A stretch of DNA of 64,000 nucleotides from Candidatus Aldehydirespirator sp. (GTDB taxonomy: Bacteria > Actinomycetota > Acidimicrobiia > Acidimicrobiales > Aldehydirespiratoraceae). The position numbers and the translations under genes are program-made. Below are positions 59,514-64,000 of the stretch, in pieces. The first letter of the stretch is position 1; the number at the start of each line of letters is the position of its first letter. The notes below the pieces were generated by a model, which saw nothing but the letters and a program-made list of their open reading frames with translations, was not told the DNA's origin and ran no database searches. The stretch covers positions 3,072,335-3,136,334 of the forward strand of contig OZ244836.1 of assembly GCA_965220645.1 (NCBI GenBank), written 5' to 3'.

Positions 59514-60562
59514 CGCTTCTCCACCAGGTAGCGGAACACCGATTCGAGGTCCTCGTCGAGGGGGGCGACCCTCGACAGGCGAGCCTCGAGCCGCTGGGCC
59601 AGTGGTGCGACTTCGCGGCCGAGGCGGTCGACGTCGCGGGTGTCGACCACGACGGAGTCCGCACCGACGCTGACTCCCACCGCGGTGCCCGACTCGACCA
59701 GAGCGGCCGCGAACTTCCGGGGGTGGTCGACGGCGATGCGGATCCGGTGGGGGCGGTCGTCCATCAGCTCGCGCAGCTCGCGGTAGTCGCCGGTGGCGGC
59801 CAGCCGTCCCTGGGCGATCACCAGGATCCTCGACCCCAGGCGGGCGACCTCCTCGAGCACGTGGCTCGACACCAGCACGCAGCGGCCCTCGTCTCCCAAT
59901 CCGTGGAACAGTTCGATCATGCGGCGCCGCTGCACGGGGTCGAGCCCGGCGAGGGGCTCGTCGAGGATCAGCACCTCGGGGTCGTGCACCAGCGCGGCGG
60001 CCAGCTTCACCCGCTGGCGCATGCCCTTGGAGAACCCCGACACCGGTCGGGAGTCGTCGGCGTCGAGGTCCACCACTCCCAGAGCCCGCCGGGCGGCCCG
60101 CTCGGGCTGTGGTACGGCCTCCGAGGCGGCCGCCACCGTCACGAACTGCAGGGCGCTGAGCCGGTCGAACAGGCCGTCCTGCTGGGGGACGAGGCCGATG
60201 CGGCCCCGCACCTCCCGGTCGCGGCGGGCGTCTGAGCCCAGCACCCGCACGGTGCCGTTGGTGGGCGGGGTCAACCCGCACATCACCCTGAACAGGGTGG
60301 ACTTGCCCGCGCCGTTGGGGCCGAGCAGGGCGGTGACCCCGGCCCGCACCGAGAAGGTCACGTCCGATACCGCCACCACGTCGCCGAACACCTTCGACAC
60401 GCCGTTGACCTCGACCATGGCCGAGCCATTGGGCGGTGGAGGAGGCGGCGGGGTCGGCGGCGGCGGCCCGGGCGCGGGAGGCTGGGGCGCGGGAGGCTGG
60501 GGCGCGGGAGGCTGGGGCGCGGGAGGCTGGGGCGCGGGAGGCGCGGGAGGCTGTGTGCTCAT
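59510..60562 (-). CDS. ABC transporter ATP-binding protein with a Pro-rich N-terminal extension
   Basis: Walker A GPNGAGKST, signature FSKGMRQRV and Walker B VLILDEPLAGLD are present. The ATG at 60562 overlaps the upstream stop. Residues 4-45 are (PPAPQ)n followed by a poly-Pro run. Confidence 0.88.
   Translation of the reverse strand: MSTQPPAPPAPQPPAPQPPAPQPPAPQPPAPGPPPPTPPPPPPPNGSAMVEVNGVSKVFGDVVAVSDVTFSVRAGVTALLGPNGAGKSTLFRVMCGLTPPTNGTVRVLGSDARRDREVRGRIGLVPQQDGLFDRLSALQFVTVAAASEAVPQPERAARRALGVVDLDADDSRPVSGFSKGMRQRVKLAAALVHDPEVLILDEPLAGLDPVQRRRMIELFHGLGDEGRCVLVSSHVLEEVARLGSRILVIAQGRLAATGDYRELRELMDDRPHRIRIAVDHPRKFAAALVESGTAVGVSVGADSVVVDTRDVDRLGREVAPLAQRLEARLSRVAPLDEDLESVFRYLVEKR
60428..60553 (-). 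repeat. coding 15-bp tandem repeat (GGCGCGGGAGGCTGG x5) plus a poly-Pro tract
   Basis: It encodes PPAPQ x4-5 and then PGPPPPTPPPPPPP. Confidence 0.9.
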
Positions 60563-61542
60563 CGGCTCAGCGCCAGTCGTCGGTAGCGCCACCACACCAC
60601 GGCCGAGCCCAACGCCACCCACGCCAGGTTGGCGGCGGCCACGAACATCGTGGACAGCTGCTCGCGTCCGGCTCCCGGATTGAAGTCGTCGTCTGGTCCG
60701 CGACCCTCATCTCCGATGGGATCGATCCCCTCGACGGAGTAGATCCTGTTCTTGAGCTCGTCGGAGATCCCGCCGAGGTCGAAGGCGTAGATGTTGGCGC
60801 TCATGTCGGCCGCCTCGACCAGCGCCAGCGTCACGAACCCGCTGCCCCACAGCAGCAGGATCACGCCGACCGAGGCGAAGGCCCGGCGGTCGGTGAGGCT
60901 GGCCGCGGCCAGGCTGGCCGCGGTGAACGCGGCCGAGATGGCCGCGCCGGCCACCATGATCTGCACGAAGATCTTGAGCCACTCGATGATCCCGTCGGGC
61001 CCGGAGCCCTCGATGGTGTAGGCCACCAGCAGGAACAGCACCGGGCCGATGGTGAGCACGGCCAGGGTGAGGGCCACCGCCAGCGCCTTGGAGCCGAGGT
61101 AGCTCCACCGCTGAAGCGGGGTCGACAGGTACAGCTCGAGCATCCCGCTGCGGCGATCCGAGACCAGGATGTCGGGCACGACGATGCCGCAGTAGAAGAA
61201 CAGCGCGACGGTGATGAATCCGTAGTACTCGTGGTAGTCGGGCAGAACCTCCTCGGTGATGAGATCGACGTCGAGCACCACCGCGAGACCGACGAACACC
61301 ACCGCCGGCACCAGCGCGATCACCACCGCCAGCCAGGGCAGGATCTTGTGGCGGGCCGGGCGTCCGAGTCCCAGGGTGTGGCGCACCGAGTAGCGGATCA
61401 TCGAGCGGACCGCGCCCGGCAGGCCGGTGCGGGGACCGTCGTAGGACCGGTAGCCCTGGTCGATGATCTGGGCCGCCTCGCCGGCGGCCGAGGACGCAGT
61501 CGGGGCGGGGGTGTCGCTCATCGGCGCTGGTGGTTCGCTCAT
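60559..61542 (-). CDS. ABC-2 type transporter permease
   Basis: 327 aa and multi-TM. The ATG at 61542 overlaps the upstream ATPase stop (ATGA). Confidence 0.78.
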   Translation of the reverse strand: MSEPPAPMSDTPAPTASSAAGEAAQIIDQGYRSYDGPRTGLPGAVRSMIRYSVRHTLGLGRPARHKILPWLAVVIALVPAVVFVGLAVVLDVDLITEEVLPDYHEYYGFITVALFFYCGIVVPDILVSDRRSGMLELYLSTPLQRWSYLGSKALAVALTLAVLTIGPVLFLLVAYTIEGSGPDGIIEWLKIFVQIMVAGAAISAAFTAASLAAASLTDRRAFASVGVILLLWGSGFVTLALVEAADMSANIYAFDLGGISDELKNRIYSVEGIDPIGDEGRGPDDDFNPGAGREQLSTMFVAAANLAWVALGSAVVWWRYRRLALSR

Positions 61543-62462
61543 CGGGGGGCGTCCTCGAAGAGGTCCTCGAGCGTGCGGCGCCGGGTGTCGAGGCGGCGGA
61601 TCCGGGCACCGGCCGCGGCCACCGCGTCGCGTGACCGGTCGCAGAGCTCCTCGAACGCCGCGCCCCGCAGCATGAGCGTGGCCTCGTGGCGCCGCACCTC
61701 CAGGCCGGCGGCGCGCAGCGCGGCCTCCACCGTGTCGACCGACCCCGCCGGCTCGGCCACCTCCACCAGTTCGAGGGCGATCCCGTCGCCCGCGCCGACC
61801 AGTTCGCTGATCGGCCCGCAGGCCACGAGGCGGCCGGCGTCGAGGGCCACCACGTTGTCGCAGACCCGTTCGACCTCCTCGAGCTGGTGCGACGACAGCA
61901 CCACGTTGATCGAGAAGTCCCGGCTGATCTGGCCGATGAGGGTGAGCATCTCGCTGCGCTGCACCGGGTCGAGGCCGTCGGTGGGCTCATCGAGCAGCAC
62001 GAGCCTGGGGTCCGAGGCGATGGCCTGGGCCAGCTTCACCCGCTGGCGCTGGCCGGTGGACATGGTGCCCAGCGTCCGTTGGCGCTCCTCCCCCAGCCCG
62101 ACCAGCCACAGGGTGTCGGAGGCACGGTTGCGGGCCTCGCTGCGGGGCAGTCCCCGCAGCTCGGACAGGTGCCGGACGAAGTCGACGGCCCGCATCTCGT
62201 CGGGCAGCACGTTGCGCTCGGGCGCGAAGCCGACCTGACCCCTCAGGCGGTATCCGGCCGTCTGCGGGTCGAGGCCCAGCACGTTGACCGATCCCGACGT
62301 CGGGACCCGCAGCCCGAGCATGGCGTTGAGCAGGGTCGTCTTGCCCGCGCCGTTGGCGCCCACCAGCCCGGTCACGCCGGGCTGCATCTCGAGGTCGAGG
62401 CTGTCGAGGGCGACGGTGGGGCCGAAGCGCTGCGTCAGCCCCTGCGTCTCGACTATGGCCAC
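61539..62462 (-). CDS. ABC transporter ATP-binding protein
   Basis: Walker A GANGAGKTT, signature MSTGQRQRV and Walker B LVLLDEPTDGLD are present. The start is set at GTG 62462, just before VAIVETQGLTQRFG. The longer ORF-track N-terminus is Pro/Gly/Arg-rich junk. Confidence 0.82.
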   Translation of the reverse strand: MAIVETQGLTQRFGPTVALDSLDLEMQPGVTGLVGANGAGKTTLLNAMLGLRVPTSGSVNVLGLDPQTAGYRLRGQVGFAPERNVLPDEMRAVDFVRHLSELRGLPRSEARNRASDTLWLVGLGEERQRTLGTMSTGQRQRVKLAQAIASDPRLVLLDEPTDGLDPVQRSEMLTLIGQISRDFSINVVLSSHQLEEVERVCDNVVALDAGRLVACGPISELVGAGDGIALELVEVAEPAGSVDTVEAALRAAGLEVRRHEATLMLRGAAFEELCDRSRDAVAAAGARIRRLDTRRRTLEDLFEDAPR

Positions 62463-62650
62463 CCGCGGAGCATACGGCCGCCCGGTTCTGTTGTTGCCGG
62501 CAGTCTGTGGCTGCGCGGCTGTCGTGTGCACGGGTCCACTGTGTGGCCCGCGGCCTCGCCTCCCAATCGGGAATGACCCTGAACCGTCCCTGAGGGACGG
62601 GGCCGCCGCCGGGGGCGGACCGCCGGCCACGAAGAGCGGCCGGCGGGGTT

Positions 62651-64000
62651 TCAGACGAGCAGGGCGTCGGTGAGGATCTCGACTAGGGCGGGGCCCTGAT
62701 GGTCAAGGGCCGCGGCGAGGGCGCCGTCGAGCTGATCGGGGACGGCCACGCGGAAGCCGCGGGCGCCGCACAGCTCGGCGAAGGCGGCGAAGTCGGGGTT
62801 GTTCAGCGAGGTCTGCCACACGTCGAGCTCGGCGGCCCGCTGCTCCTTGGAGATCTTGCCCAGTTCGTTGTTGTTCAACAGCACGTGGGTGATGTCCATG
62901 CCGTGCTTGGCCGCGGTGGTGAGCTCCATGGCGTACTGGCCGAACCCGCCGTCGCCCGACACCGACACCACGGCCCGGCCGGCGTGCTCGGGCTGGCTGC
63001 GGGTGGCGGCCCAGCAGCCCATGGCCGCGGGCAGGGCAAAGCCGATGGATCCGAGGTAGCCCGACATCAGCACGGTCTGGCCCCTGGTCTCGAAATAGCG
63101 CCCGAAGGAGTAGGCGTGGTTGCCCACATCCACCGCCATGATGGCGTCGGCGGGCACCAGCCGGCTCAGCGCGTCGAACACCGACGCCGCGTTGAGGCCC
63201 TCGCCCCGGTCGTCGGCCCGGCGCCGGGCCTTCTCGGTCCGCCAGATGGCCCACCGCTCGGCCACCTCGGGCCGCAGGTCCTGGCACCGGCGCTCTTCGG
63301 GCATCGCCTCGGCGAGGGCCCGGGCCGCCACCCCGACCTCGGCCAGCACCGGCACGTCCACCGGATGGAACCGGCCCAGCGCCATCGGGTCGAAGTCGAC
63401 CTGCACGATGGGCTTGTAGTCGGCGATGCCGGTGTGGTTGGCGAACGACACCCCGAAGGTCAACAGCAGGTCGGACTCGTTCATGAACCAGCTGGCGATG
63501 GGGGTGCCCGAGCGGCCCAGCACGCCGCAGGCCAGCCGATGGCGGTCGCCGATCAGCCCCTTGCCCTTGAACGTGGTGGCCACCGGCGCGCCGATCTGCT
63601 CGGCCAGCGCGGTGATGCCGGCCATGGCCGAGCGGGCGCCGTGGCCCACGATGATCAGCGGCCGCCGGGCGGCGGCCACCGCCTCCACCGCGGCGGCCAG
63701 GGCCTCGGCGGGCGGCTCGACGGCCCGAGAGGCGGTGCGTCCCTGCGGCGAGCCCGCCGACCCGGCCCCGCCGGAGGGCGCGGGCAGCACCTGCACCTCG
63801 TCGGGTAGCACCAGGTGGCCGACGTCCCGCTCGACGATCGCGGTCTTGCAAGCCAGAGTCATCAGCTCGGCGTAGTTGGAGCCAGCCTGCACCGTTGCTG
63901 AGTAGCGAGCCACGTCCGCGAAGGCAGCCGACAGGTCGGTGTCCTGGAACGCGCCCCGGCCCCGCACCACCGAGGGCACCTGGCCCGACAGGCCCAGCAC
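62651..64000 (-). CDS. thiamine-pyrophosphate-dependent enzyme (pyruvate oxidase / acetolactate synthase family), N-terminus beyond the window
   Basis: The TPP-binding motif is GSIGFALPAAMG...SGDGGFGQYAMELTTAAKHGMDITHVLLNNNELG. The central FAD/ADP-binding-like domain is also present. The ORF is open to position 64000. Confidence 0.85.
   Translation of the reverse strand: MLGLSGQVPSVVRGRGAFQDTDLSAAFADVARYSATVQAGSNYAELMTLACKTAIVERDVGHLVLPDEVQVLPAPSGGAGSAGSPQGRTASRAVEPPAEALAAAVEAVAAARRPLIIVGHGARSAMAGITALAEQIGAPVATTFKGKGLIGDRHRLACGVLGRSGTPIASWFMNESDLLLTFGVSFANHTGIADYKPIVQVDFDPMALGRFHPVDVPVLAEVGVAARALAEAMPEERRCQDLRPEVAERWAIWRTEKARRRADDRGEGLNAASVFDALSRLVPADAIMAVDVGNHAYSFGRYFETRGQTVLMSGYLGSIGFALPAAMGCWAATRSQPEHAGRAVVSVSGDGGFGQYAMELTTAAKHGMDITHVLLNNNELGKISKEQRAAELDVWQTSLNNPDFAAFAELCGARGFRVAVPDQLDGALAAALDHQGPALVEILTDALLV

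Noticed and set aside
1-64000. tRNA, rRNA, tmRNA or RNase P genes.
   Set aside because: I noticed no T-arm-like GGTTCGA(A/G)TCC motif or rRNA-like conserved block while reading both strands. This was a visual scan, not tRNAscan or Infernal, so small RNAs could have been missed.

Overview
A high-G+C segment (about 70 % by eye) of actinobacterial type. Supporting markers are divergent gpsA/fbiD synteny, F420-linked LLM oxidoreductases, a PAC2 proteasome chaperone, the long form of LeuA and a PIG-L deacetylase. It is densely coding, with roughly 65 protein genes. I saw no rRNA, tRNA, CRISPR array, transposase or integrase.

Gene content in order:
- **1-3.3 kb:** a Liv-type ABC importer.
- **3.4-6.7 kb:** small housekeeping genes (thrH, a VOC protein, a FetB-like permease, rnhB).
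- **6.8-9.0 kb:** an operon of CoA-disulfide-reductase-like enzyme, small basic protein and DsrE-like protein.
- **9.1-10.2 kb:** OsmC, and an XRE-cupin regulator interrupted by an in-frame TAG.
- **10.2-14.3 kb:** a low-G+C islet encoding an AAA/STAND-like ATPase with a wHTH domain, followed by an 863-aa protein with DUF2510, RDD and trypsin-like domains.
- **14.3-36.7 kb:** a roughly 22-kb gene supercluster. It mixes four protein types of the Nit1C / MSMEG_0565-0572 cluster (radical SAM, GNAT, AIR-synthase-related, GT4) with these other components:
  - a complete cobalt-type nitrile hydratase and an AmiS/UreI channel;
  - the FdrA/DUF1116/DUF2877/carbamate-kinase set;
  - two fumarate-lyase-superfamily enzymes, a ComA-like protein, a riboflavin-synthase paralogue and an SDR;
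  - a NitT/TauT ABC importer and cbtAB cobalt uptake.
- **36.8-64 kb:** housekeeping and accessory genes (gpsA, fbiD, a P-type ATPase, SDRs, lipid kinase, CysQ-like phosphatase, LLM oxidoreductases, an M15 peptidase, leuA, PAC2, crotonases, a double ABC-2 exporter and a truncated TPP enzyme).

Structure outside the genes:
- A MITE-like repeat family at 6 loci, whose terminal inverted repeats supply flanking stop codons.
- Repeated tandem duplications of ATGA stop/start junctions that create coupled mini-ORFs.
- A conserved regulatory module of about 100 bp shared by two promoters.
- A family of AAATT-based hairpins between convergent genes.

All functional calls rest on my recognition of motifs in the translated ORFs. 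No database search was run.
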